A DNA stretch of 64,000 bases, taken from NCBI RefSeq assembly GCF_006345805.1, contig NC_042997.1:181288001-181352000 (forward strand). The letters run 5' to 3'. This document shows, in pieces, positions 50,404-63,600 of the stretch. Within the stretch, counting starts at the first letter, position 1. The number at the start of each line of letters is the position of its first letter. The notes under the pieces were generated by a model. The model did not search any database. It was not told the origin of the DNA and saw nothing but the letters and a program-made list of their open reading frames with translations. The DNA is from Octopus sinensis. Taxonomy: Eukaryota. A program made the translations under genes and the position numbers.

Positions 50404-52663
50404 AGATTCCATTTACTGCCTTTCTTAAAGTAGACTATTAAAATTAGATAATCCATTAACAAATGTTCTTATAATAGATTATCAAAATGAAACATTCTCT
50501 TAATTTTTATACAAACAGTAGACCATCAGAATTATACATTCCATTAACTAGCATTCATAAGACAGACCATCAAAATTCGTCAGTTAATTACTATCAGTAA
50601 ATTAGATCATGATAATTAGAAAGCCCATGCATTAATATACGAAAAATATATCATTTAAAGAGGATCGCTATAGATTACCATTCATATAATAATCCCTCTA
50701 AATTAGACAATTATTATATGTAAAATAGAGAATCAAATTTAGACTTCCGATGCCGACTTGCACTGAAATAATCCATTGAAATTATAATCCATACAATTAA
50801 ATACTACCTTAATCACAACTTAAATAGCTGATTAAAATCAAAACTGAACGCCATATATACTTCATTTTTTTCTTGGTGGATCAAAACTTTTACTCATTCA
50901 AAATGTCCATCATAGTCATCTAAAAAGGAAAGAGGGTGTAAAGGTTTTTTTTTTTTTATATCTAGTTTGGAGTTCGTCCGTTTATTCCTTCTGAGCTCAA
51001 ATTCCGCCGAGGTCGACTTTGTTTTTCATCCTTTCGGAGTCGATAAAATAAATACCAGTTGAGCATTGGAGCCGATGCAATCGACTTGCCCCTTCCCGGA
51101 AATTGTTGTCCTTGTACCAAAATTTGAAGCCAAAATTCAGTTTGGAGATAAAGGCGATGAGCTGACAGAATCGTTAGAACGCCAAGCAAAATGCTTTGCG
51201 GTATTTCGTCCCTCTTTACGATCTGTAGTAGTGAAGTCGATGTAGTCCACTGGTTGCCCCACCCCTCCGAAATTTCTAGCATGGAAACAAAATCTAAAAC
51301 CAATAACAAGTTGGATAAAAGGCAAAGTTGACTTCAGCAGGATTTGAACTTAGAACATAGAAGTGGAAGAAATACTCCAAAGCATTTTATCCAACGTGCT
51401 GACGATTCTGCTAGCTCACCGCTTATATACGTAAAATAAACCATCAAGATTAGACATTCTATTAACCATCATTCTTAAAATAGATCATCAAAATTATATT
51501 GAAAAAGTATTCAAATAATTCAAATGTACTTTGTATAAACTTTTACCATCAACCAACGCGCACAATTGCTAAAACTCTAAGATGTTTGCTCCATGCCAAA
51601 CGAAAGATATGGAGATTGTGATAGTAACAGAAGTAATGACAATGGCAATGGTGACAGTGGAAATGAAAGTGATAGCGATCGAGATAGTTGTGATGGTAGT
51701 AATAGCGATATAATTAAGCTGAGGAATTCGCGTTAGATATTGGGTCAGATAATTTATTGAGGAAGTGTCACAATAGAATATGACAAATAAGTTTAATAGA
51801 CTATCACGTTTCCTTTAATAGAAAAAGTTTATGACCTCATACTGGCAAGATATCAACTTGATCAAGTTTTACTTTATTCTGCCTAAAATGACTTTTAAAG
51901 TTGAGGAGATGGCCATTTTGACAAGATGGCATGTATTTGATTATTGATTCGTTTAATTAAGACTTACTTATGACAGAACATGACAAACAGTAATATAATA
52001 GTCATTGACGCCATCTTTATCCTCATCATCATCACCAAGACCGCAAATAAGAATGATCTAAATTTTTATACCCTTGGGTGTCTTTAGCGGAGTCCGCTCT
52101 GATGAAAATATTCGGACCATTTTCATGCACTGCTTCTTATTCCAATAACCAATGAGTCATGATTTCGTTTTTATTTCCGGCTACCAGCCTCAAGGGGGCT
52201 GTAAAAAGGTCATCGCTACAACCCTCTCTCCTCTGACTAAGTCATTAAGGGGACAAAATGGTTTTTCTAATATGAAATTGAAACTTCCTTTTGGAGTGAA
52301 CTCTGGTTAAAATATGTAAATCAAGATAATCAAGACAAAACTGAACTGGTGTCACTCGAACGCGATTCAAATGGTGAAGCCGTTGATTTCTGTATATTTT
52401 TATCTTTTACCCATTACTTATTTCAGTCATTAGACTGCCACCATGCTGGGGTGCCGCCTTGAGGAATTTTAGTCGAATGAATTAACCCCAGTACTTATTC
52501 TATCAGACACTTTTGCCAAAACCGCTAAGTTACGGGGATGAAAATATACTAACACCAATTGTCCGACAGTGACGGAAGACAAACACACATACACACACAT
52601 ATATACATACATACATACATGCATACATACACACATACATACATACATACATACATACATACA

Positions 52664-52696
<33 letters not shown>

Positions 52697-52712
52697 GTAA
52701 ATATACAATGAA

Positions 52713-52841
52713 ACAATTATTCGGTAGCTATGATAAAACTCCGAGTTTCGGATGTCGGGGCGGAAACCCACGCCGCCATCTCTTTAGTTATCCCGCCATC
52801 GAAAAATTTTTCGGTAGCCATCATGGCTACCGAATAATTGT
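52713..52841. mobile_element. 129-bp mini-element with 22-bp inverted ends enclosing a hammerhead-like motif
   Basis: ACAATTATTCGGTAGCTATGAT (52713-52734) versus the reverse complement of 52820-52841: 21/22 identical. Extra palindrome TCGGTAGCCA/TGGCTACCGA at 52811-52833. Confidence 0.65.
52732..52792 (-). ncRNA. Type I hammerhead-ribozyme-like motif (one core mutation)
   Basis: Minus: GATAA-CTAAAGA-GATGGCGG...CCGC...CATC-C-GAAA-CTC-G-GAG-T-T-TTATC. Perfect 5-bp stem I, long stem II and ACTC/GAGT stem III. CTAAAGA replaces CTGAAGA. Confidence 0.6.
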
Positions 52842-52924
52842 CATATATTATATTTACAGATAAATTCCTCTATTTACATAATATCGAGGTATCTTTCATT
52901 GTTTTGTTGTCTTACCATTTCTAT

Positions 52925-52988
<64 letters not shown>

Positions 52989-53516
52989 GACGAGCTTCTT
53001 TCAGTTTCTGTCTACCAAATTCACTCACAATGCTTTGGTCGGCCCAAGGTTGTAGTAGGAGACACGTTCACAAGGTGCCACGCAGTGAGACTAAACCCGG
53101 AACCATGTGGTTGGGAAGCAAGCTTCTTACCACACAGCCAGTTATTATTTTTTTTTCTTCCGACAGCTCAGGAAAAAAATTATTGAAATTAGAACCAGAA
53201 ATATTTATTGACAGCTTGATTAAAAGTACAAATAAATACACTACGTGATTATCATAACAGAATTATCGATTGAGTTCTAAATAAACAAATTGATTTGATT
53301 TACGATATGTGAATAATAAATGAATCATATTCCAACCAAAATTTATTTAATAATATGAGACAACAATATTAAAAATTTTTACGCTCACTTTCATCAGAAA
53401 AGGGCATGCACGAAACTGTATACAAACAGATATACACACACACATGTGTATGTATATATATAATATATATATATATTATATATATATATATATATACACA
53501 CACACATACACAGGCG

Positions 53517-53578
<62 letters not shown>

Positions 53579-53853
53579 TAATAAATAAAACATATGCATA
53601 TATATATACATATACGTACGTACCTACCTATACATGTATATATACACGCATATATGAGTAAAGGATACCAAAAAAACGTCGAACACAATGAGAAACGAAA
53701 ACATAGACACAAACCCAAGGAACTGGACATTTTTCTTAAACAACAACAAAAATAGAGTACAGGACAAATAACACTAGGAAAAAACCCCTTCTTCAGTCGC
53801 CATGGTTTCATCTACTCTACGTTTCGAAGGTGTGTGCGGTGTGTGTGTATGTA

Positions 53854-53885
<32 letters not shown>

Positions 53886-53963
53886 CATATATACATATAC
53901 ACATATACATACATATACACATACATACATACATAGATACATACATACATACATGCATACATG

Positions 53964-54002
<39 letters not shown>

Positions 54003-54223
54003 CTGGTTCATTTCAAAATCGACTGAAGTGATACTAAATGTGAAATAATTCTTTATATCTTTTACTCTTCCACTTTTATCTTTCCATTCTTTTTCTTTCC
54101 TATTCTCTTGTTCTGAGAGATGAAGGACCTACGCCCGAAACATCAGACACACCAATTTCTTTATGCATAAACGCAATTACTGTATATAATAACTTGTCTT
54201 TCATAGAATGATTGCAAGAATGA

Positions 54224-54344
<121 letters not shown>

Positions 54345-57003
54345 TGTTTCTTTATTAGCCACACAGGGCTGCACACAGATAGAACAAATTACAAGGTAGA
54401 GCTTTTCTTTTGAAGGTTTAAAAAAAAAAAGGAAGGGGGAGTTTCGATCAAAAGGGATCGTAAAAGGAGAGAAAGAGGACAAAAAAGGGAGGGTTAAGAA
54501 AAAGGGGGAGTGGAAAAAAAAAATGATCAATAGGGATCGTTATCACAGAAATGTCAATATGAAGTGTAAAGGGGAGGACAGGTGAGGTTTACCCGTGGAA
54601 AGAAAAGCCTACGGAAAAGACCACGGTAACCTCGGTCAATGGAGTCACATGTTATATTTCTTTTTTTTTGTTTTTGCAAATAAGCCAACTCTCTGTTTTC
54701 AATTTCTGGGTTCATAGGATCATGCTCAAGGTGGCTTCGTCATTCATACGGCCATTCTTGCTACATTCACCCATCTTTTTTTAAAACATTCGCTAGACAA
54801 AACTTGCCTCTCTACTCTCACTTTCCTTTTCAAGTGGTACTTGAAGAAGTTGATGAGAGATTGACAGAGAGAAAGTGTTTGTCTCCAATCCTTTCAGATG
54901 CGTCCACCAGATACATTCTTTCGCCATAGCCACAAGGATGATGAAAATAGCTCTTCCTTCCCGTTTGAAGGAAGGAGGCGTGACAATATTGACGATAGAC
55001 TCAGCTGATAAACCGACTCGTCCCACACGTTGTTCGACATAAGCCCACAGTTCGGAAATTGTTGGACACTGCACGAGTGCGTGCAGAACGGTTTCGTCGC
55101 TCTGACCGCATCTCGGGCAGGTCGGCCCCGTGTTTCTCGAACCGTGTCTGTAGAGCTTATCCCGAACGGGTAGCGCTTCTCGGTAGCACTGCCAGGCCAG
55201 GGATCTCTGGAAGTTGTCCATGGGCCCTGGCCCGAAAGTCGTCCTGAACAGGCGGGTCAGGTACTCCTCGTCGACGTCCAGGTTTGCCCCGAGCTCGTCG
55301 TCGTACCTCCCCTCCACTAAACCCCTATAGAATGCTTTGGTTGTGTTGAAGTCACTCAATGTCGACCCAGGACGGCAGAGTTGCTTGAGAGCAACGCGAC
55401 ACTCGCGGTGCCATTCGCCCTTCCTCGGCCTCTTTTTGATCCACGACTGCAGTTCGGTCATGGAGACGAGCTGCGGGAAAGCGTGCCTCACAAACGGCGA
55501 CCACACCTGTTCACCGTCGTCTACATAGAGCCAGAGATGTCGCAGTCTCAGCGCGTGCCTGCGTATCATCAACCACGGCATGCCCAGCCCTCCTTTTAAC
55601 GGGTGTTGACAGCAAATGGATCGCCTGACCATCGGGACGCATCCTTTCCACAAGAAGCGAAAGAGAATGCGTTGTAGTTTGGTGATGGTAGGGTCGGGAC
55701 AAGGTACGACGGTCAGGCGGTAGTAGATGACGGACGCGATGTACGTGTTCGCCACCTCCGCCGACCTTTTAGGGACAGTTTCCTCTCGGCCCATTGCCGG
55801 GCGAGAGTGACCACCCTACTCGTTATCTCTTTCCAGTTCTTCTCCACTTGGAGGTCCGGACCAAACCAGACCCCGAGCAACTCAACCGGCCGTCGGTCCA
55901 GCGTCCCACGACGGAGGCGCTGGTGGACGGCATGGGCTTGCTTCTCCAGGTGCCTAGTCGCAAGCCCACTGACTTTTCCCGGTTGATTTTCGCTCCTGTC
56001 ACCGCTTCGTAGTTTTTCAGTGTCTCGCCGACCTGCTCGATGTGCTCGTGGCTAGACACTATGACGGTGACGTCGTCCGTGTATGCAGACACGCTCGTCC
56101 CGCATCCCAGTTCTCGCGGGATGCCTCTCAAGGTTGCCAGCTTCTGCAATAATGGCTCGAGAGTCAATACGTATAGAAGCGACGAGAGGGGGCATCCCTG
56201 ACGGACCGAACGTGCGATGTCGAAGGGTCTCGATAGATGTCCATTCACGCGAATTACCGAACGGATGCCTCTGTACAAAGCGGCTATCCAGCCGCGGAAG
56301 ACGGGACCGAAGCCAGCCGCTCCGAGGACCGCCTCCAAGTATCGATGGTCCACCCTATCGAAAGCTTTCGATTGATCCAAATTGATCAGCGCCCCACCCA
56401 TGCCAGGTTCGTTAACTACCCTGTCTATGATGTAGCGCATCAGGTGGAGGTTGTCATGGATGGTCCGGCCTGGCACGGTGCATGTTTGCGCCCTGTCGAC
56501 CAGTTTCTCGATGACAAGCGCCAACCTCTTGGCTAGCACCTTGGCCAAAATTTTCAAGTCTGCATTAAGCAGAGTGATGGGCCTAAAGTTATCTATTACA
56601 TTTCCCTTGTTTAGATCTTTCTTCAGCAGTGTTACGGCTCCTCGGCTCACAAAACCAGGAATGCTCCCGTTTTGCTGCCAGTTGCAGTACACCGCCGCCA
56701 AGAGATCTCCAAACAAGTCTGGCATACAATTGTAAAGCTCGTAGGGTAGACCATCCAAACCAGGTGATAAAGTCCCTCGAGCATTCTGCCATCGCTTCCT
56801 GCACTTCCGCCGCCGTGATGGCACCTTCGCAGCACCCTGCCTTTCTTGTCGAGAGTCGTGGTAGGCTATGTAGGTAGGCACTGAAGTCCACCCTACGTTC
56901 TTGCCCTCCACTCGTTCCGAACAGTCGGGCAAAATGCTGCTGAAAGGCCTCACACATTTTACTTGGCTCGAGTAATTCGCGCCCCTGTTCATCTACCAGG
57001 GAC
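54345..57003 (-). mobile_element. 5'-truncated Tx1/L1-clade LINE inserted in a (GATA)n array
   Basis: RT and CCHC ORF pieces, 3' UTR with AATAAA (plus TTTATT at 54351-54356), and GATA arrays on both sides (~54225-54343, 57004-57115). Confidence 0.9.
54793..56992 (-). pseudogene. Tx1/L1-type ORF2 (RT + C-terminal zinc knuckle), frameshifted
   Basis: SPGLDGLPYE, NFRPITLLNADLKILAKVLAKRL, LDQSKAFDRVDH, VRQGCPLS, AYTDDV, KINREKS, CPRCGQSDETVLHALVQC. Three ORF pieces: 56589-56957, 55823-56992 and 54793-55794. Confidence 0.9.
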
Positions 57004-57115
<112 letters not shown>

Positions 57116-57580
57116 GTATTTATAATTATTTGTGCCGAGAAATATGACACTCATTTCGAAGCTTTTTCTACTAACTTGCTTTTCGATTTTGTGGGGAATG
57201 GAGTGGAGAAAAAGAAATTGGTTGTGAAGTTTAAAATATGAAATAGTAAAGAAATAAATTGCGATAGATCGAGTACAAATAATATCGATAAGTTTCTAGC
57301 ATGGCTCTGTGGTGGAAAAGTCGGTTTCGCGATCTCATAGTTTCGGGTTCAGCCACACTCTGTAGCCCTGTGAATGAATTCGCTAGACTGAAATTGTGCA
57401 GAAGCCCTCACACACACAGACTCATACATACATAATCATATATGTGTGTGTGTGAGTACGTAATTAGCGTGTTTGTATGTCTGAATATATATGCATGTGT
57501 GAGTGGTGGCATGGTTGTGTTTGGCTCTTACCGCTAGTCAACCGATATAAGTTTATTTATATCCCTGTAATTCAGACTCC

Positions 57581-57899
57581 GAGACCCCCTTCGGTCGCAA
57601 CACAGAAAGATATCTTCCCAGGCACAAGTCCGGGCAAGATTGTTTATGGAAGACCATAAGTCGCCCATGCATACCGGCCTTCCCTCTCCACGCCACCAGT
57701 GTTATCCAAGGGAAAGGCAAAGGCCGGTACAACTTGGTACCTGTGACGTCGCAACTCATTTCTACAGCTGAGTGAACTGGTGCAACGTGAAATAAAGTGT
57801 CTTGCTCAAGAACACAACACGCAGCCCGGTCCGGTATTCGAGCTCACAACCTCACGATCGTAAGCTCGACACTCTAACCACTGAGCCATGCGCCTTCAC
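57581..57899 (-). mobile_element. Family-F SINE nested antisense inside a family-A-related SINE (~57300-58030)
   Basis: The host A-like head lies at ~57300-57560. The host tail resumes at 57900 and ends GAAACAAGTAAAAG at ~58027. Confidence 0.8.
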
Positions 57900-58559
57900 C
57901 AAATAGACTAATAGAACAAATACTGAACTTTAAATCAATACTGGGGTCGATTTGATCGACTAAAAATCTCTTCAAATTCGTTTCCTCGTCATGGCTGCTG
58001 CAATCCAATGAGTGAAACAAGTAAAAGAATGAAGGAATTAAAGAACAGGGGATATAATATTGACGAACAGAGATAATAGGAATAGGGTTGTATTCAGCAT
58101 CTGTTAAAAGGGAGAGACGGGAGAAGAATAACGAGGGTATACAGGTTTAGGTTGAAACAGATTTTCTCTGTCGGAGCAGCGTAATCCACATATAACACTT
58201 TGGATTAGTTTTAAATGAAGGCTGAAAGACTAGATTGATCTAAGCCAATGCTCTGCAACCGGTATGGAGACGATGTGAGGTGTACTGGGGTATAGTCTGA
58301 ATATATTTTTTTATTATTCTTTTAGTTATATTTTTAGTTCAGGTGTGATGCCGAATTTTGAAAAGAATATAGATGCACCACAAGGGAAAAAAGGTGGAGC
58401 ACTGATCTAAGACGAATCTGTTTTCAAAATGAAAAAAAAAAGAGAAAGAGAGAGAGAGAAAGAAAAAAGTAAGATAAAATAAACACCACGAAACAGTTTG
58501 TCTACCATCCTAATAATTCCACCGGTCCGACGCTTTTGGTTCTTTATTTTATCGGTCCT

Positions 58560-59241
58560 TGGACAAAATTGACCTCAACGGGATTTGAACTCAGAACGTA
58601 CAGAATCAGAGCAATTCCCGCAAGGTGTTTTTGTCCAACGTTCTGAGGATTCCACCAATATGGCTCTGGACTGATATCTTATTTTATCCGTCCCTGAAGA
58701 ATGAAAGGCAAAGCTGATCTCAGCCGGATTTGAACTTAAAACGTGAAGAGCCAGAGTAATTACTGAAAGCAATGTTGTCCAACTCTCTAACAGTTCTACG
58801 AATCCACCGAGTTGGGTTAGTACTATAGTCTATCAACATTTGAAGGACGGACAGCAAATCTGAGATTCCAGCAGGATTTAAACTCAGAACGCACAGAGCC
58901 GGAACAAACACCGCAAAGAATTTTACCCAACTTTCTAACGTTTCCGCCAGTCCACACCCCTCCTATGATTCTTTATAAACCTCCGAAGCTGACCTCAGCG
59001 AGATTTGAACTCAAGAGGTAAAAAACCAGAAGAAATGCTGAAAGAATGTTAACCGACGCTGTAATCATTATACTTATACCTATTTCTTTACTACCCACAA
59101 GGGGCTAAACACAGAGAGGACAAACAAGGACAGACAAACGGATTAAGTCAATTACATCGACCCAGTGCTTAACTGGTACTTAATTTATCGACCCAGAAAG
59201 AATGATAGGCAAAGTGGACCTCTAATCATTATACTTATACC
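58560..59241 (-). mobile_element. Cluster of family-B-related SINE fragments, the last (59081-59222) with a 19-bp TSD
   Basis: At least four GATTTGAACTCA/TTA B-box-like heads in the same orientation. TAATCATTATACTTATACC occurs at 59062-59080 and 59223-59241. Confidence 0.7.
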
Positions 59242-59834
59242 GTCAGTTCACAGCTGTTGTACTGACTGCCCTTGGAAGAATGAAAAGCACAATTGAGATT
59301 TGTGATAGATTTGAACACAGAACGTAAAGATTTATTAAAACATCGCTAGTCATTTTATCTTCTCTCTGGAAAGTTTTACCGTATCACATTTGTTATGTGG
59401 GTACGAAACAGTATATGGGAAAATGGATATTTTTCCGATTCTTACAAGAGTATTGAAACAACCCAAATACCTTATACATCTGGGCGTGTATATGCGCCTG
59501 TAAGAATGGGTGTATTTCTGAGTGCGTATTTGTATATGTGAACGTATATGTGTGTATGCGGTGGAGGGGAATATGTGAGTGTGTATGCGGCGGAGGGGAA
59601 TATGTGAGTGTGTATCCGTGTGTGTTTTGCTTCTGTAAACGTATTTTGACATTTGTTACTCTGTGTACATTGTACACAAAGAAGCATGAGTCATTAGAAC
59701 GTTGGTAACCGTACACTAAAACAGCAGTTTACCGGGTTGACATATTTCATTTATAGGTAGAGCAGATGCTAGGACTGGGAAGGGGTTTACATGTTTAGGG
59801 TGATGTTAGTAGAAACGTTGATTGATCTGAGAGT

Positions 59835-60245
59835 GGTGGTAGTGGTGGTGGTATTGGTGGTGGTGGTATTGGTGGTGGTGGTGGTGGTGGTGGTATTGGT
59901 GGTCGTGGTGGTGGTGGTATTGGTGGTCGTGGTGGTGGTATTGGTGGTCGTGGTGGTATTGGTGGTGGTGGTGGTGGTAGTGGTGGTTTATTGGTGGTTG
60001 TGGTGGTGGTATTGGTGGAGGTGGTAGTATTGGTGGTGGTGGTAGTGGTGGTATTGGTGGTGGTGGTGGTAGTGGTAGTGGTGGTATTGGTGGTGGTCGT
60101 GGTGGTGGTGGTATTGGTGGTCGTAGTGGTATTGGTGGTGGTGGTGGTGGTATTGGTGGTCGTGGTGGTAGTATTGGTGGTCGTGGTCGTGGTCGTGGTG
60201 ATATTGGTGGTGGTGGTCGTGGTGGTATTGGTGGTGGCGGTTGTG
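59835..60245. repeat. (GGT/GTA/GTC)n trinucleotide repeat
   Basis: Direct reading. Confidence 0.9.
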
Positions 60246-61849
60246 TTTATAGCGACGTTAGTGATATGGTTGGTGTTGGTTGGTCTCTTCCTAATTGCTT
60301 TAGCCTATTCAGCTGCTACAATTATCCATGTCCCATGCAATTATTCTTGGTTTCCTAACCAACGATACAAGCCAGGAACCGTTCATATTTCTGCGCAACA
60401 ATAAATGATACTTAAACTGACACACGCCCCTCCCACACACACACACACATACAGATGCGCGCGCGCGCACCCACAGACATACACACACACACAGACACAT
60501 ATATATATATATAAGCATATATATTTTTAAGCAAACTTGAGTGCATCTGAATGTGTGTGTGTGCGTGTAGGTATGTCTAGATGTATGTGTATATACGTCT
60601 GATTTTGTGTGTATATATGTGTGTGTGTGCATGTACATACCCATACATATACATACATATGTGTGCATTTATTTATACACCCCCACACACACACATATAT
60701 ATATATATATTATATATATATATATATATTTGTATGCGTATATACATGTGCATATATACATACATATATATATATATATGAATATATATGAGTGTATAAA
60801 TAAATAAATAAATGCATACATACATACATACATACATACATACATACATACATACATGTATACAACATAACCTCACACACTCGCACATGCATACACACAT
60901 GCATACATTTATACATACATACATACATACATACATACATACATACATACATGTGTGTGTGTGGATGTGTAGTATAGTACTGTATAGTATAGTTTGAGTA
61001 AGTGGAAACACGTCTGTAACTTTTTCTTATCATCTCACCCTCTTGTGGTACAACAGGGTGAGGTTTGAACTCTGAAATAGTTTCAGGGTAGAAAGAAAAA
61101 TGAAATTGACAGAATACAGTAGTGTAATTGGTAATTTATAAGTTCAATTAGTGGGAATTCAGCTTATACTTGACTGCCTCCCAACAACAATGAATTTCAA
61201 ATATCTCCTATTAGTGGTGGATCGGCAGATTTGTTAGAACGTCGGACAAAATGACTTGCAGTGTTTTTTTCCGGCCTTTGACACTGAGCTCAAATCTCAC
61301 CAAGTTTAACTTTGTTGTTCATCCCTATGTAGATAATAAAATAAATTAGTAGTTAAGTACTGAAATTCGATGTAATTGACTGACTAATCCTCAGTTTCAA
61401 ATTCCAGGCCTTATTCCTATGTTAGAAATTATGGCTTACATTTGGTCGTATCACCAAAGGCTCTTTGTTTCAAGCCACAGTGATTATTGGAGTTTTTTTA
61501 CAACTCTCAGACTTTCTAGGATAAAGTTTGGGTTTTTAATTGCTTTATTTCTATCATTCGTTTTCTTTATTCAAGAATTATAAGTGGGTACTGCAAAGGA
61601 GAGATGTCAACATTCTCACTCTATTAATTCTAATCAGTCAGCTCAGTTTATACAGCAGCCACAACTACCAATAGTTCTGATAACATCAAAAATTTCTACC
61701 CTATTAATCTCATCTTTCTTGGGTGCAAGGAGCAGAGTTGTTCCTGTAACCCCATGTTTCGATCGACTTTTATGTTATCATCTCCTTAAAGTGGATTTGG
61801 TTTCAAAAAACTTCATATCTTATTTTTCTATTGCTCACAATAACAGTGG

Positions 61850-62210
61850 TTCCAAATTTTGGCAAAAGACCAGCAATTTATGGGGGTGGTGAGATTAAGT
61901 CAATTACATTGACCCCAGTGCTCAGCTGGTACTTATTTTATCGACCTCAAAAGAACGAAAGGTAAAGCTGACTTTAGTGTAATTTGAACTCGGAGCGTAA
62001 AGACGGATGAAATGTCGATAAGCATTTTGCCCGGTGAGCTAACGATTCTTATTTCTTTATTGCCCACAAGGGGCTAAACATAGACGGGACAAACAAAGAC
62101 AGACAAAGGGATTAAGTCGATTATATCGACCACAGTGCGTAACTGGTACTTAATTTATCAACCCCGAAAGGATGAAAGGCAAATGAAATGAATTTGAACT
62201 CAGAACGTAA
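61850..62210 (-). mobile_element. Two adjacent family-B-related SINEs (~61850-62045, 62046-62210)
   Basis: Family-B core and tail motifs reversed. Confidence 0.75.
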
Positions 62211-62211
62211 C

Positions 62212-62650
62212 GTTTAGCTCATTTTGGAGTGTAACAGTATTTTCTGGAGTTTGGATAGCCATGGATACTTTGACATCATCGGTGTAACTCACTATTTTGG
62301 ATGAGTTCACTTGTAATAGGTTGATGATAAATAATTATAGTCCTAGAACCGTTCCCTGAGGCTTACCACTTGATAAATTCCAGCAACTCAAACTGCCATT
62401 CTCTGTGTTTTCATGAGATACCAAGATCCTTTAACTTATGACAGATGATTCCATGAACAATCTTGTCGAAAGCATTAATAAAATCAAGGTATATACAGTC
62501 AATATCTTTTCCTCTCAAGAGATTATTAGGAATAGTGTTATGGTGCTGTAATAGTTGTGAAATGCAACTTCATCCGGTCCAAAAACCGTGCTGTATATCA
62601 TGTACGAGATTGTTTTCCACAAGGCATGTACTAATTCTATTTCAGACAAT
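62212..62650 (-). pseudogene. CR1-like LINE reverse-transcriptase fragment
   Basis: Minus translation LVENNLVHDIQHGF..G.SCISQLL...DCIYLDFINAFDK...SGKPQGTVLG..LFII...SYTDDVKV, with stops. Confidence 0.8.
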
Positions 62651-62803
62651 GCATTTGTTAGTGTAAATGTGTGAAATGTGAGAGATGCAGATTTGTAATT
62701 CTTAGCTTCAGCGCCCTCCCCCCCCCCCGCTACTTTCCTTTGTGTATAGTTGTTACTGTTGTGTCATTTAATAGCGCTGGGAATTCGCCGATATATATAT
62801 AGC

Positions 62804-62882
62804 GAGTTACGCCGACGATGTCAAAGTATCCATGGCTATCCAAACTCCCAAAAATACTGTCACAGCCCAAAATGAGCTAAAC
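62804..62882 (+). repeat. Inverted 79-bp copy of 62212-62290 (YADD segment of the CR1-like RT)
   Basis: GAGTTACGCCGACGATGTCAAAGTATCCATGGCTATCCAAACTCC...GAGCTAAAC is the reverse complement of 62212-62290 with ~6 mismatches. Confidence 0.85.
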
Positions 62883-63061
62883 CTCATTCATCAATTGTTA
62901 GGTTGTTTGTTTTAGAGGGAATACACACAAATCGCAATAATAGTGGGTTTTTTTCTCTAATTTATATATTACATATTTATATAGTGAAATTTGATTTAAT
63001 ACTAAATTGAATTCTTCCCTGTAAGTTTAGAGTTATACTCCCTAATATTCTTCTTCTTCTT

Positions 63062-63153
<92 letters not shown>

Positions 63154-63287
63154 GTGTGTGTGTGTGTATACAGGGTGAGTCCAAAGTAGCGCCCAGATTC
63201 TGGGAATTCATGCCTTTGTTGTCTTACAGGTTATTAATGACAGTTTAAAAAGTTAGTGATTCTGGATTACGTATTATATATATATAT

Positions 63288-63600
63288 TCGATGGCCGTCC
63301 ACTCGTGACCGAGGAAGACTATTGCTGACCTTCAGGAACATTGTGCGCTCTAGGACTAACTTATATTTTGCATTTGCGGTTCTGTTGATGGCTAATGAGC
63401 ACTGCACTTGACAAGCATAAACGACTGCAAACATTGCAAACCAAGCTTTCCCCCATTCACTACACCAGCCGTGCTCTTTCGTGCAGCACGCTAAAGTTCT
63501 TCACGCTAGATACGTGCTCTCGCAAAAGTATCGACCCCCTCCTTAACCTGCTTCCACTATCCGTGGCGATGACAGGCATTGTTCCCCCAGTCAGTTCCCG
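63288..63600 (-). mobile_element. RTE-like LINE 3' end (C2H2-like finger + 3' UTR)
   Basis: Minus translation LVCNVCSRLCLSSAVLISHQQNRKC resembles the terminal finger of RTE-clade ORFs. Ends ...TCTTCCTCGGTCACGAGTGGACGGCCATCG, then (AT)n. Confidence 0.5.

Larger units (their letters stand above)
52414..53142 (-). mobile_element. Family-A SINE split in its microsatellite (3' half 52414-~52590, 5' half ~52988-53142)
   Basis: Collinear halves on minus, with (CATA)n, a mini-element and (AT)n between them. Confidence 0.7.

Noticed and set aside
54107-54148. Hammerhead-like TCTGAGAGATGAAGGACCTACGCCCGAAACATCAGAC
   Set aside because: Needs a 4-nt insertion and a stem III mismatch to fit. It may be a decayed PLE motif but is too degenerate to call.
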